Shown here: positions 38,007 to 46,303 of the stretch, piece by piece
Position numbering within the stretch: the first letter of the stretch is position 1
How the letters are laid out: every line of letters begins with the position of its first letter
Assembly (NCBI GenBank): GCA_965215295.1
Contig: OZ244045.1
Coordinates: 1,581,518 to 1,645,517 of the forward strand
DNA length: 64,000 nt
Origin: Gammaproteobacteria bacterium
GTDB lineage: Bacteria > Pseudomonadota > Gammaproteobacteria > HK1
Reading direction: 5' to 3'
Made by a program: the position numbers and the translations under genes
Notes under the pieces: generated by a model
What the model saw: only the letters and a program-made list of their open reading frames with translations
What the model was told of the DNA's origin: nothing
Database searches by the model: none

Positions 38007-38963
38007 ATGACCGCCATGCCGGTCGATCCGCAGATTCGGCAGGTCATCGATGCGTTGGCCGCGTCGGATTTCGCACCCGTCCACCTTCAGACCCCGGAGG
38101 AGGCGCGGGCGCAGTACGTACGGATGGTGGAGGCGCGCGGCATCGTGCCGGCACCGGTCGGGGCGATCGAGGAGCGGACGATTCCGGGTCCCGCCGGCGA
38201 GTTGCCGGTGCGCATCTACCGCCCCGCTCCCGACACCGGAGACCTGCCGGCGCTCGTGTACTTCCACGGCGGCGGGCATGTCGTCGGGAACCTCGACACC
38301 CACGATGCGGTTGCGCGCAACCTGTGCAACGGCGCCGGGTGCGTGGTGGTGTCCGTCGACTACCGGCTCGCGCCGGAGGACAAGTTTCCCGCCGCGGCGG
38401 AGGACGCCCTCGCGGCGGTGCGATGGTGCGCGGAGCGCGGCTCCGGGATTGGCGTCGATCCGCTGCGGATGGCGGTCGGGGGCGACAGTGCGGGCGGCAA
38501 TCTCGCGGCGGTGGCGGCGCTGATGGCACGCGACGCCGGCGGCCCCGCCATCCGGCTCCAGGTGCTCGTCTATCCGGTGGTCGACTACGGCTGCGACACG
38601 GAGTCGTACCGGACCTATGCGGACGGCTACGGAATGCTCGATGCCCGGTCGATGCGGTGGTTTCGCGACCACTACCTGCGCGACGAAGCGGACCGGCTCG
38701 ACTGGCGGGCGGCGCCGCTGCGCGCCGCCGACCTCTCCGGCCTGCCGCCGGCGCTCGTTCTCACCGCCGAGCGCGACATCCTCCATGACGAGGGCGAGGC
38801 GTACGCGCAGCGGCTGCGGGCGGCGGGAGTGGACGTCGAGTACCGGGACTGCGAGGGCATGATTCACGGATTCTTCACGATGGCGCCGATGATCGACGGC
38901 GCGGTGCGGGCCCAAAAGCTGGTGTGCGACGCGATGACGCGCGCGTTCGCACGAACCGCTTGA
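38007..38963 (+). CDS. alpha/beta hydrolase fold-3 esterase/lipase (HSL family)
   Basis: HGGG oxyanion motif (YFHGGGHVVG), nucleophile elbow GGDSAGGN, C-terminal HGF. Confidence 0.9.
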   Translation: MTAMPVDPQIRQVIDALAASDFAPVHLQTPEEARAQYVRMVEARGIVPAPVGAIEERTIPGPAGELPVRIYRPAPDTGDLPALVYFHGGGHVVGNLDTHDAVARNLCNGAGCVVVSVDYRLAPEDKFPAAAEDALAAVRWCAERGSGIGVDPLRMAVGGDSAGGNLAAVAALMARDAGGPAIRLQVLVYPVVDYGCDTESYRTYADGYGMLDARSMRWFRDHYLRDEADRLDWRAAPLRAADLSGLPPALVLTAERDILHDEGEAYAQRLRAAGVDVEYRDCEGMIHGFFTMAPMIDGAVRAQKLVCDAMTRAFARTA

Positions 38964-38995
38964 ATCCCGGCCTGGTATGGCCGTACCGTGAATTC

Positions 38996-39271
38996 ATGGC
39001 CACCGTCACCATAAAGTCGACCTGTTCGCTCGACGCCGAATCCGTGCGGAAGCTGGAAGGCTTGGCGAAGCACTGGAACACGTCCAGGTCCGCCGCGCTC
39101 CGGCGCGCCATTCACACCGCGGCGCGACAGGCGCACTCCGACGACAACGAAGCGCTTGCGGCGCTCGACCGCTTGCAGAGCCGGCTTGCGCTGGATCGAG
39201 GAACCGCCGGAATCTGGGCGGACGAGGTGAGGCGGGAACGCCGGGCGGCGGCGGAACGCAACGCCTCCTGA
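38996..39271 (+). CDS. ribbon-helix-helix type antitoxin (VapB-like)
   Basis: 91 aa. KSTCSLDAESVRKLEGLAKHWNTSRSAALRRAI fits an RHH fold. Followed 8 nt later by a PIN-like start. Confidence 0.6.
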   Translation: MATVTIKSTCSLDAESVRKLEGLAKHWNTSRSAALRRAIHTAARQAHSDDNEALAALDRLQSRLALDRGTAGIWADEVRRERRAAAERNAS

Positions 39272-39279
39272 TCCCGGGA

Positions 39280-39335
39280 ATGATCCACCTCGACAGGAGC
39301 TTTCTGATCCGCGGACTCACCGGAGGCTCTCGGTC
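39280..39335 (+). pseudogene. 5-prime remnant (about 18 codons) of a PIN-domain vapC toxin gene, truncated by a low-GC insertion
   Basis: ATG 39280 gives MIHLDRSFLIRGLTGGSR (VapC-like MIxLDTSxLI with the first acidic residue). Homology stops where GC drops and the REase stop lies (39334). Confidence 0.45.
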
Positions 39336-40005
39336 ATCCAGCCCAAATGTCATCCTTCGACTCCCAATACTTCCTTACCATGTTGAATCGATCGATTCTG
39401 GTTCGAATCTTAAGGATTTCTTTTGGATAGAATTCGGACATCATGTTACATAGCTGCAACATCCACTTCCTTCGTGAATATCCATCGATCACGCGAATGT
39501 CGTTGGAGTTCGCGATCTGAATCTGACCCCAGCCCAGTGCACCTATCGTGAGGCACTTCCAGTCCAGGAATTCGATCGGAGAGAACAGAACCTCAGAGAC
39601 AGTGACCTTCGTACCTTCAACCGAGTATTTGATGATAATTGGAGAGAAGACATTGGCATCCGATTCGTAAAGTTCAGACAGCCGCTTCACCGATGTGAGG
39701 TTGGGCATGTTGAACTGGGTATCCTTCCTGTGCGTCTTGACGTCTACTACGGAGTAAAAGCCTTCCGTGTCGGTGAAGGCCAAATCGGCCATGGCGCGGC
39801 GAGCAAAATTTTTCGAATATTCGTCACACCAATTCCCGAGAAAAGTGTCGAATTCATCTGCTACCAGTGATTGAAGTGCATCGCCAACCGCTCTCGGGCT
39901 ACTCGCCGTTTGCGGCGACAGGAAATCTCGTGAAGAGTTGATATGCCTCTTGATCTTGGAGGCCACCCCGCGATGATGACCTTCGTAATAGAATCTCGAT
40001 TTCAT
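39334..40005 (-). CDS. putative type II restriction endonuclease (family not recognised)
   Basis: Trimmed to ATG 40005, which overlaps the methyltransferase stop (ATGA). 223 aa. Possible PD-(D/E)xK core MADLAF...SVVDVKTH. Low GC by eye. Confidence 0.55.
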   Translation of the reverse strand: MKSRFYYEGHHRGVASKIKRHINSSRDFLSPQTASSPRAVGDALQSLVADEFDTFLGNWCDEYSKNFARRAMADLAFTDTEGFYSVVDVKTHRKDTQFNMPNLTSVKRLSELYESDANVFSPIIIKYSVEGTKVTVSEVLFSPIEFLDWKCLTIGALGWGQIQIANSNDIRVIDGYSRRKWMLQLCNMMSEFYPKEILKIRTRIDRFNMVRKYWESKDDIWAG

Positions 40006-41006
40006 GAGAACAGGCCGTCCTGACGATCGATCGGTTTGGCCCTGCTCGGCCGATTGGAAAACGAGTTTCTTTCCCAGAATATGCCGTCTGCATATCCCTG
40101 GATTGTCGGATCGTCTCTGGCGGCAGCGATCCGTTTCAGCGTCCAGCACAGGTACTCGACGTTGATTTCGACTCCGCACCAGCGTCTTGACAATTTTTCT
40201 GCTACAACCGCGGTTGTTCCACTGCCAAGAAACGGATCAAACACGAAATCTCCCTTCCTGGAGCTCGCCAGTATCAATTTGGCGATCAATTTCTCGGGTT
40301 TCTGAGTGGGATGGTCGGTATTCTCCGGCATCGACCAGAATGGAACTGTCAAATCGGTCCAAATGTTCGACGGATGGGTCAGGCGATAGTTGCCTTCCTT
40401 TTCCCGTCGCCAATCTTTCGGCTCTCCTTTGATTTTGTAAGGAGCGAGAACTTTGCGTTTCAACTTCACCGCCTCGACATCGAAATAATATCTCTCCGAT
40501 TTTGTGCAGAACCAGATGTCTTCCGTGTTGTTCTTCCAGTTCATCTTTGCACCCCGTCCTTTCTCCCGTTCCCAAGTGATTCGATTTCTGATGTGAAGTT
40601 TCGACTCCAGGATCGGAAAGACAAGTGTGGATGTCCTCCAGTCCGAACACACGTAGAGCGTGGCGTTCGGCTTCATCATCGGAATCAGCAAGTCGACGAT
40701 TTCCTCGAACCAGGATCGATATTCATCGTCTTCTTTTCTTCTGAACGAATTTCCATTGAAGTTCTTGGATAGATTGTACGGAGGATCCAAAATCAGGAGA
40801 TCTACGAATTCGGAAGGAAGAAATTTCGCTATTTCGAGAATATTTCCTGCGACGAGACGTCTTTCCAGATCTTGCGGGGCGACCGCCGTATCCAACCGCA
40901 TGATGTCACGAGAAAATCGGACGCTTTCTTCTTCCGTGCACGAAAGCGTTTGATTTCTGGGAGCACGTTTTCGCATGTGAGTGACCGTGTTGAACTGTGG
41001 TTTCAT
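40002..41006 (-). CDS. DNA methyltransferase, N4/N6 beta class (DPPY)
   Basis: LLILDPPYNL catalytic motif, then HPTQKPEKL and VFDPFLGSGTT (beta-class order, CcrM/HinfI-like architecture). Start ATG 41006; alternatives 41030 GTG and 40976. Confidence 0.85.
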   Translation of the reverse strand: MKPQFNTVTHMRKRAPRNQTLSCTEEESVRFSRDIMRLDTAVAPQDLERRLVAGNILEIAKFLPSEFVDLLILDPPYNLSKNFNGNSFRRKEDDEYRSWFEEIVDLLIPMMKPNATLYVCSDWRTSTLVFPILESKLHIRNRITWEREKGRGAKMNWKNNTEDIWFCTKSERYYFDVEAVKLKRKVLAPYKIKGEPKDWRREKEGNYRLTHPSNIWTDLTVPFWSMPENTDHPTQKPEKLIAKLILASSRKGDFVFDPFLGSGTTAVVAEKLSRRWCGVEINVEYLCWTLKRIAAARDDPTIQGYADGIFWERNSFSNRPSRAKPIDRQDGLFS

Positions 41007-41009
41007 GGT

Positions 41010-41046
41010 ATCGCAGCCTCGCCACTTCACTCTTCGAGGCTGCGAT
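41010..41046 (-). promoter_or_regulatory. perfect 12-bp inverted repeat between the UGSC gene stop and the methyltransferase start
   Basis: ATCGCAGCCTCG (41010-41021) and CGAGGCTGCGAT (35-46), 13-nt loop. On the minus-strand mRNA the 3-prime arm holds the only SD-like GAGG and ends 3 nt before the ATG. No U-tract. Confidence 0.4.
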
Positions 41047-41060
41047 CCGGTGTATTCCGG

Positions 41061-41585
41061 TCAGCCGGCGGTGAGCTTCTCCACGATCTCCTCCAGCGCC
41101 TCATCGGCGATGGCCCGAATCTCGTCGTCGGTGCGGTTCTGGATCGGATGCGGGACCCAGACGATCGCGGGCTCGTAGCCAAGCGACGCGGACTGCGCGG
41201 CGGCCGCCTGCCGGAACGCGGTGGTCGCGATCATCACGCCGGGGATCCCTCGTTCATCGAGGTCGAGCATGTCATGCACACTGCACGACGTGCACGAGCC
41301 TCAGTCGGAGAGGGCATCGACGACGACATCGACCTCCTCGGCGATGGTCTGCGAGAGGTCGACCGGCGCGGTGCGGGTGTTGGTGGGCTTCGCGTAGCGC
41401 CTCACAGCGAGCCCACGTCCGACGAAGTGCGATTCGAGCCGGTCGAGAAACGTGTTCCCGCGGGCCTTGCCGATGTCGAGCAGCCCGAGGGTCAGGCCGT
41501 CGAGCGCCGGCGGCGGCGGGCGGCGCCCGCGCCGGACCGGCGAGGACTCCGCTGTCGGGTCGAGCAACCGGATGCCTTCATTCAT
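41061..41585 (-). CDS. UGSC family selenoprotein (in-frame UGA at 41303-41301 read as selenocysteine)
   Basis: Track ORFs 41301..41834 and 41061..41279 share one frame, separated only by TGA. Read-through gives ...VVDALSD-U-GSCTSCSVHDMLDLDERGIPGV. Start ATG 41585 after GGGAGG; alternative 41621. Confidence 0.7.
41272..41297 (-). other. candidate bacterial SECIS hairpin
   Basis: mRNA positions +4 to +29 after UGA: UCGUGCACGU / loop CGUGCA / GUGUGCAUGA. 10-bp stem including 3 G-U pairs, with G in the apical loop. Confidence 0.4.
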
Positions 41586-41703
41586 GGCTTCAACCTCCCG
41601 CATGGTTTGAATGCCTTCCATGGCTTCATCTCCTCCTTGACGGGGGTGCCGCTGAAGGAACCGCCCGCGGTCCATCACCCCCGAGACCCGCCGATTCCCT
41701 GCG

Positions 41704-42135
41704 TTACTCCTGTGGGTACTGTATATCCGGAGTTTCGTTTTCGCGTCCGTCCTGGCACATCGGAATCTTGATGGTGTGCGGATAGATGCGGTGTGCATCC
41801 GTGTGTGCATCCACAATTGCACCGATTCCGCCACCGAAGATGATGTTTCCCCAGATCATGCCTCCCATCTTCGAATCCACCGCATTTACGTAGACCCGCC
41901 CGTCGCGTGTCCTGCACGTGATATGCAGCGGATCATCCGATTTGGGGATGGTCAGAGTCCCTGGCACCTGTACCGAATACTGTCCCTTCTTGTGCTCCAC
42001 CGTGCACTGTGTGCCGTCCGGACATTCCGGGGCGTCGAAATTGATCGTGGACATGTCCTCGTTCACGATGCTCGAACATCCGCCAAGGAGCGCACTTGCC
42101 ACCACCACCCCTGCAATCAAGTTTCTCGGTTTCAT
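41704..42135 (-). CDS. lipoprotein, unknown function
   Basis: Trimmed to ATG 42135 after GGAAGGAG. Lipobox ALLGGC. 143 aa with Gly-rich GNIIFGGGIGAIVD. GC lower than flanks by eye. Confidence 0.75.
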   Translation of the reverse strand: MKPRNLIAGVVVASALLGGCSSIVNEDMSTINFDAPECPDGTQCTVEHKKGQYSVQVPGTLTIPKSDDPLHITCRTRDGRVYVNAVDSKMGGMIWGNIIFGGGIGAIVDAHTDAHRIYPHTIKIPMCQDGRENETPDIQYPQE

Positions 42136-42284
42136 GTTGCTCCTTCCCTTCTTTCGTTCGGATGTGTTGTTCTTCCGTGACGGCACACGAGCCATGCCAT
42201 GATGCATCCGGGAATCACTCCGCCGGCGAGTGTCACCCCGATCACCGCCGCTGCTGCATACCATCGTCTCTTGCCTTGATTCAT
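42132..42284 (-). CDS. 50-aa single-TM small protein
   Basis: Not in track (under 60 aa). ATG 42284 after GGAGAGAAG gives MNQGKRRWYAAAAVIGVTLAGGVIPGCIMAWLVCRHGRTTHPNERREGAT. Stop overlaps the lipoprotein ATG (ATGA). Confidence 0.5.
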   Translation of the reverse strand: MNQGKRRWYAAAAVIGVTLAGGVIPGCIMAWLVCRHGRTTHPNERREGAT

Positions 42285-42296
42285 GTCTTCTCTCCT

Positions 42297-42554
42297 TCAG
42301 CTCGAAGATGGCGCGGTAGTGGAGCGGGACGCGTTCATGCCATGTCGCCGACCCGGGGACAACGCCTCGCCAGTGACAGGATGCGCCATCACCGGCAACG
42401 CGAGCAAACGGCTGCCGAAATACTCCTCCGCTGACCACAACCGCGATCGCGGATAGACGGCTCCTTCCATATCGGCCAACCCCTCTTTGGCCGCCGACGC
42501 CCGGGCCGTTGCGCCGTCCAAGCGCCTGAGCGTGCCGCCTTCACGGCAATTCAC
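42297..42554 (-). CDS. hypothetical 85-aa ORF
   Basis: GTG 42554 overlaps the stop of the thioredoxin-fusion gene (GTGA). Ends 13 nt before the 50-aa ORF. No family recognised; intermediate third-position GC. Confidence 0.25.
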   Translation of the reverse strand: MNCREGGTLRRLDGATARASAAKEGLADMEGAVYPRSRLWSAEEYFGSRLLALPVMAHPVTGEALSPGRRHGMNASRSTTAPSSS

Positions 42555-43978
42555 GTCTTCACCTCCCTGGTGATGGGGCTGGTGCCGCGAGCGCCGCTCG
42601 CCACCCACCCCCCGATGATGGCGCTCATGAGCCCGGCCTCGCCGCCGGCGCGCACGATGTTCAGGCCGCCTTCGCGGAACTTCGGCATCGAATCCTCGAC
42701 GAGCTCCGGCTTCACGCCGACGTCGATGCCGTCCGCCCCGCGCACCAGCTCCGAGCCCGGACGCGTTGTCGCCGCCATGAGCCCGGCCTTGATCCGGGCC
42801 CGGTCCCACCCTCCTTCCTTGAAGATCGCCCAGTGCTCGGGAGAGAGGACGAGGAAGGCGTCGATGGTCTGCACGAGCCTCGGATGGCCAACCGAGCTCA
42901 GCGTCATCGCAAGCGAGCGCGCGAGCGACTCCGGCGTGCGCGAGCCCTCGTCCATGATCGGGCTCAGGCCGCCGGCCCCGAACAGGGTCACCGCCGACAC
43001 GCCGGGCGAGACCCCGCGCTCCACGCTGAGCGGCTGCCAGTCCGGATCGGACTCGTCCTCGGCGAAACACAGGGTGTACTTGCCGGGCCACCCGAGGGTC
43101 GCCCGATCGATCCCGCCCGGCACCCCGCCGCCGACGTTGCGGACCACGAGCTGCAACGCGCGCCCGATGCTCGCATTCGCCCGGTTGCCCGGGCCGAGCG
43201 CGTTCACCCCCGAATTCATTCCGATGCGCCGCGCGACGGGGCCGTTCACCACCACCATCGGACCCGAGAACCAGGTGGTGCAGAGCAGCCCGTGCATCGC
43301 GAACCCGGGTTCGAGCGCCGCCTCCACCACCGCGAGGACGACCGGCATGTACTCGGGCTTGCAGCCCGCCATCACCGCGTTGATCGCGACTTTCTCGACC
43401 GTGCACGGCGCGTGGTTCGGCGGGATCCGGCCGATGGTCTCCTGCGGATCGCGCGGCGTGCCCCCGAGCATGCGCAGCACCCGCACCGGGGTCGGCGGGA
43501 CCACCGGCAGGCCGTCGCTCCAGCCGCGGGAGAAGCACAGCTCGTGCTCGTCCTCCGGAGCGTGCACGTCGATGACGCGCGCCTTCATGGGCGGCGTTCC
43601 GAACGCGACCTCCAGCACCTCCGGCATGCCGGGGTCCACGCTCTTCGAGCCGCACCCCGGCTGAAAATCGGGAAGCGCGGCGCCGAGCGCTCCGAGCCCG
43701 GTCACCCGGGTCCACTCGGCGCGGTCCCAGCCGACGGTGCGCTCCGCCTCGGCACCGCCTTCGAGACGGATGAGGGTCGGCACCGTCTCGATGCCCAAGC
43801 GCCACGACTGCTCCAGCGAGCGGTCGTCGATGGCGCCCACACCCTCCGGAAACGCCGGATCGTCTTGCGTGTAGACGGTCAGATCCATCCCGCTCGCGGC
43901 GATCTCGCGCAGCACCGGCCGCACCAGATCGCAGGTCGGGCAGTCGCGCTTGGCGACGACGATGAAGCTCGCGCTCAC
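42551..43978 (-). CDS. thioredoxin-fold (CPTC) N-terminal domain fused to a ~350-aa domain of unknown function
   Basis: GTG start after GAGGGGA. FIVVAKRDCPTCDLVRPVL is a Trx-like redox motif. I do not recognise the C-terminal domain. Confidence 0.8.
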   Translation of the reverse strand: MSASFIVVAKRDCPTCDLVRPVLREIAASGMDLTVYTQDDPAFPEGVGAIDDRSLEQSWRLGIETVPTLIRLEGGAEAERTVGWDRAEWTRVTGLGALGAALPDFQPGCGSKSVDPGMPEVLEVAFGTPPMKARVIDVHAPEDEHELCFSRGWSDGLPVVPPTPVRVLRMLGGTPRDPQETIGRIPPNHAPCTVEKVAINAVMAGCKPEYMPVVLAVVEAALEPGFAMHGLLCTTWFSGPMVVVNGPVARRIGMNSGVNALGPGNRANASIGRALQLVVRNVGGGVPGGIDRATLGWPGKYTLCFAEDESDPDWQPLSVERGVSPGVSAVTLFGAGGLSPIMDEGSRTPESLARSLAMTLSSVGHPRLVQTIDAFLVLSPEHWAIFKEGGWDRARIKAGLMAATTRPGSELVRGADGIDVGVKPELVEDSMPKFREGGLNIVRAGGEAGLMSAIIGGWVASGARGTSPITREVKT

Positions 43979-44140
43979 CGTCCCCTCGTCCGGGGAGCGG
44001 ACCCGGAGCCCTGACGGCCGCGCCTGTCGACGATGAGGCTGGTGGCGCTCACGACTGCCGAACCTCCCGAATGTGACGCGGTCGCACTTGACGACGGCAA
44101 CGGCGGTGGACGATACGACGACGGGCGACGGAACGCACCC

Positions 44141-44974
44141 TCACAGCAGCTTCGCATGCCGGTCGAGGAGCGGCAGCACCTCGTCGCGCCCCTTCGGCGG
44201 GATGGTGACGAGGGCGCGGAAGACGCCGGCCTCGCGATAGCTGTCGATCGCGGCCGGGTCGCCGGTGGCCCCGAACACCGAGGTCCGGATGGTGTTCACG
44301 TCGCGCCCGGCCCGGTCCGCGAACTCCGCAAGCCGCGCCATCTCCGCCCTGGCGTCCCCGAACGACCGCGTGCGCGGCATCCAGCCTTCGCAGAAATCGA
44401 CCACCCGCTCGAGCGAGTACCTCGTCTCGCCGCCGAGCAGCACCGGCGGACCGGGCCGCTGCACCGGCTTCGGATACGACCAGATGGGGTCGAAGTCGAC
44501 GAACGGACCGTGGTACTCGGGCGTCTCCTCGCGCCACATGGTCTTGATCGCCTTCGCGCGATCGCACATGACCTTGAACCGGTCCTTGAACGTGGTGCCG
44601 TGGTTCTCCATCTCCTCCGCGTTCCATCCCGCCCCGATGCCGAGCTCGAAGCGCCCGCCGGAGAGCAGGTCGAGGGTCGCGCACTCCTTCGCGAGCACGA
44701 TGGGGTCGCGTTCGGTGAGTAGCGCGATGGCGGTGCCGATGCGAAGGTTCTTCGTCGAAGCCGCGGCATAGGCGAGCCCGACGAAGGGATCGACGGTGTG
44801 CTTGTACTCCTCCGGCAACACCGGCCCCCCCGGCCACGGACTCCTGCGGCTGGTGGGGATGTGGGTGTGCTCGGGGACGAAGAGCGACTCGAAGCCGCGG
44901 TCTTCGGCCTCGCGGGCGAGCTCGTCGATGCGGATGGTGTAGCCGGTGGAGAACTGGGTAAGGCCGATGTGCAT
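44141..44974 (-). CDS. LLM class (luciferase-like) flavin/F420-dependent oxidoreductase
   Basis: Trimmed to ATG 44974 (MHIGLTQFST). 277 aa. ESLFVPEHTHIP, LDLLSGGRFELGIGAGW. Confidence 0.85.
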   Translation of the reverse strand: MHIGLTQFSTGYTIRIDELAREAEDRGFESLFVPEHTHIPTSRRSPWPGGPVLPEEYKHTVDPFVGLAYAAASTKNLRIGTAIALLTERDPIVLAKECATLDLLSGGRFELGIGAGWNAEEMENHGTTFKDRFKVMCDRAKAIKTMWREETPEYHGPFVDFDPIWSYPKPVQRPGPPVLLGGETRYSLERVVDFCEGWMPRTRSFGDARAEMARLAEFADRAGRDVNTIRTSVFGATGDPAAIDSYREAGVFRALVTIPPKGRDEVLPLLDRHAKLL

Positions 44975-45111
44975 GGGGATGGCTCCGGGGTTCGGTGCAT
45001 GAAACGAGAGGCGCCTTTCTACCAGAAAACCGGTCAATCGCGTGTCCCGCCCGGAAAGCGATTTCGCGGCTTCGAGTCCCCGGCCCGCCGGGGGAACGCC
45101 GCGCGAGCCCG

Positions 45112-45900
45112 TCAGCCGCTCGGGACGACCTCGGCAACGAACGCCTCGATCGTGGCGAGAGTCTCCCGGGGACGTTCCCGGTGCGGCGCGTGCCCGCAAT
45201 CCTCGATCCATCGTCGCGTCACCGGCCCGGCCACCCCGCGTTCGATGGCGTCGAGCTGCGCCGCCGATCCGTAGGCATCGCGCTCGCCCTGAACCAGCAG
45301 CACCGGCGCGGTGATGGGCGGCAGGAACGCCTCGATCGACCACTGCCCGAACCCCGGTTGAAGCCAGGCGTCGTGCCATCCGAAGAAGGCGTCATCGACC
45401 TGCTCGCCGTGGTAGCGGGCGAGCCGCTCGCGCAGCCCCCCGCCGCGGTAGGCATCCCCTGCCGCACGGATGCTCGCGATGCTCATGTCCTCGCAGAACA
45501 CGTGCGGGGCCAGCAGGACCAGCCCGCGGATGCGCGGTTCCGAGCCCTCCGGGAGCCTCCCCGCGTGCACGATCGCGATCGATGCGCCATCGCTGTGTCC
45601 GACGAGCACCGCGTCGTCGATGCCGGCGGCGTCGAGGACCGTGCCGGTGACCTCGCGCCCTTCGACGTGCATGTAGTCGATCCCCCGCGGCAGCTCGGCG
45701 GGACCCGATCCACCGTAGCCGGCGCGGGACCAGGCGAACACCGGGAGTCCCGTTCGCCGGTGCAGCAGGGCGGGAAAGTCCCGCCACATGGCGACGCAGC
45801 CGAGCCCCTCGTGCAGGAGGACGAGGGTCGTGCCCGCACGGTCCCGCGCGCCCCACCATCGGCATTCGAGCCGGACCTCACCGACCGTGATCGTCCGCAT
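45112..45900 (-). CDS. alpha/beta hydrolase
   Basis: Trimmed to ATG 45900 after GGAGAGGA. 262 aa. HEGLG oxyanion region, nucleophile elbow GHSDGA, C-terminal CGHAPH. Confidence 0.85.
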   Translation of the reverse strand: MRTITVGEVRLECRWWGARDRAGTTLVLLHEGLGCVAMWRDFPALLHRRTGLPVFAWSRAGYGGSGPAELPRGIDYMHVEGREVTGTVLDAAGIDDAVLVGHSDGASIAIVHAGRLPEGSEPRIRGLVLLAPHVFCEDMSIASIRAAGDAYRGGGLRERLARYHGEQVDDAFFGWHDAWLQPGFGQWSIEAFLPPITAPVLLVQGERDAYGSAAQLDAIERGVAGPVTRRWIEDCGHAPHRERPRETLATIEAFVAEVVPSG

Positions 45901-45990
45901 CGTCCTCTCCGGCCTCCGGGCCTCCGATCTCCGGGCCGCCGGGCCGCCGGCGACCCGCCCGGGCCGATCGTCCGCCGTCCGGGGCCTGCC

Positions 45991-46145
45991 GTCGACCCGC
46001 CCGGGCCGAGCCGAGCCGGCGGGGTGGCCGCCGCGGTGGAGCCTGCGGCGCGTCGACCCGTCCGGGCCGGGCCGAGCCGGCGGGGTGACCGCCGCGGTGG
46101 AGCCCGCGGCGCGTCGACCCGCGCGAGCCGAGCCGAGCCGAGCCA
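45991..46145. repeat. 61-bp tandem repeat (2.5 copies) upstream of the hydrolase gene
   Basis: GTCGACCCG begins units at 45991, 46052 and 46113. Confidence 0.85.
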
Positions 46146-46303
46146 CGGCCGGAGAAGTGTCTGGAGTGCCGGTTTCCGTATCGATCCAGGGACGCGCGTC
46201 GCATTAGTTTTTCTTTAGACAGCCCGGAGTGATTCTCGATTGAGTCGAACGCGATCCACCCCCATCTGTCCAGTCGGGAACCACACGAACCTGGACGGAG
46301 ACC

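Noticed and set aside
41301-41303. The in-frame TGA interpreted as a nonsense mutation that splits a pseudogene
   Set aside because: The codon sits exactly at the U of a U-G-S-C motif, with an intact downstream reading frame, host-like GC and a hairpin immediately 3-prime. Selenocysteine is the better reading, but it is unproven without the sel genes.
27950-42300. Integrase, transposase or att-site evidence for the low-GC islands (27950-30250, 39334-41046, 41590-42554, 54650-56100)
   Set aside because: No recombinase-like ORF was found in any frame, and I could find no flanking direct repeats by eye. The mode of acquisition is left open, and the islands are not called mobile elements.
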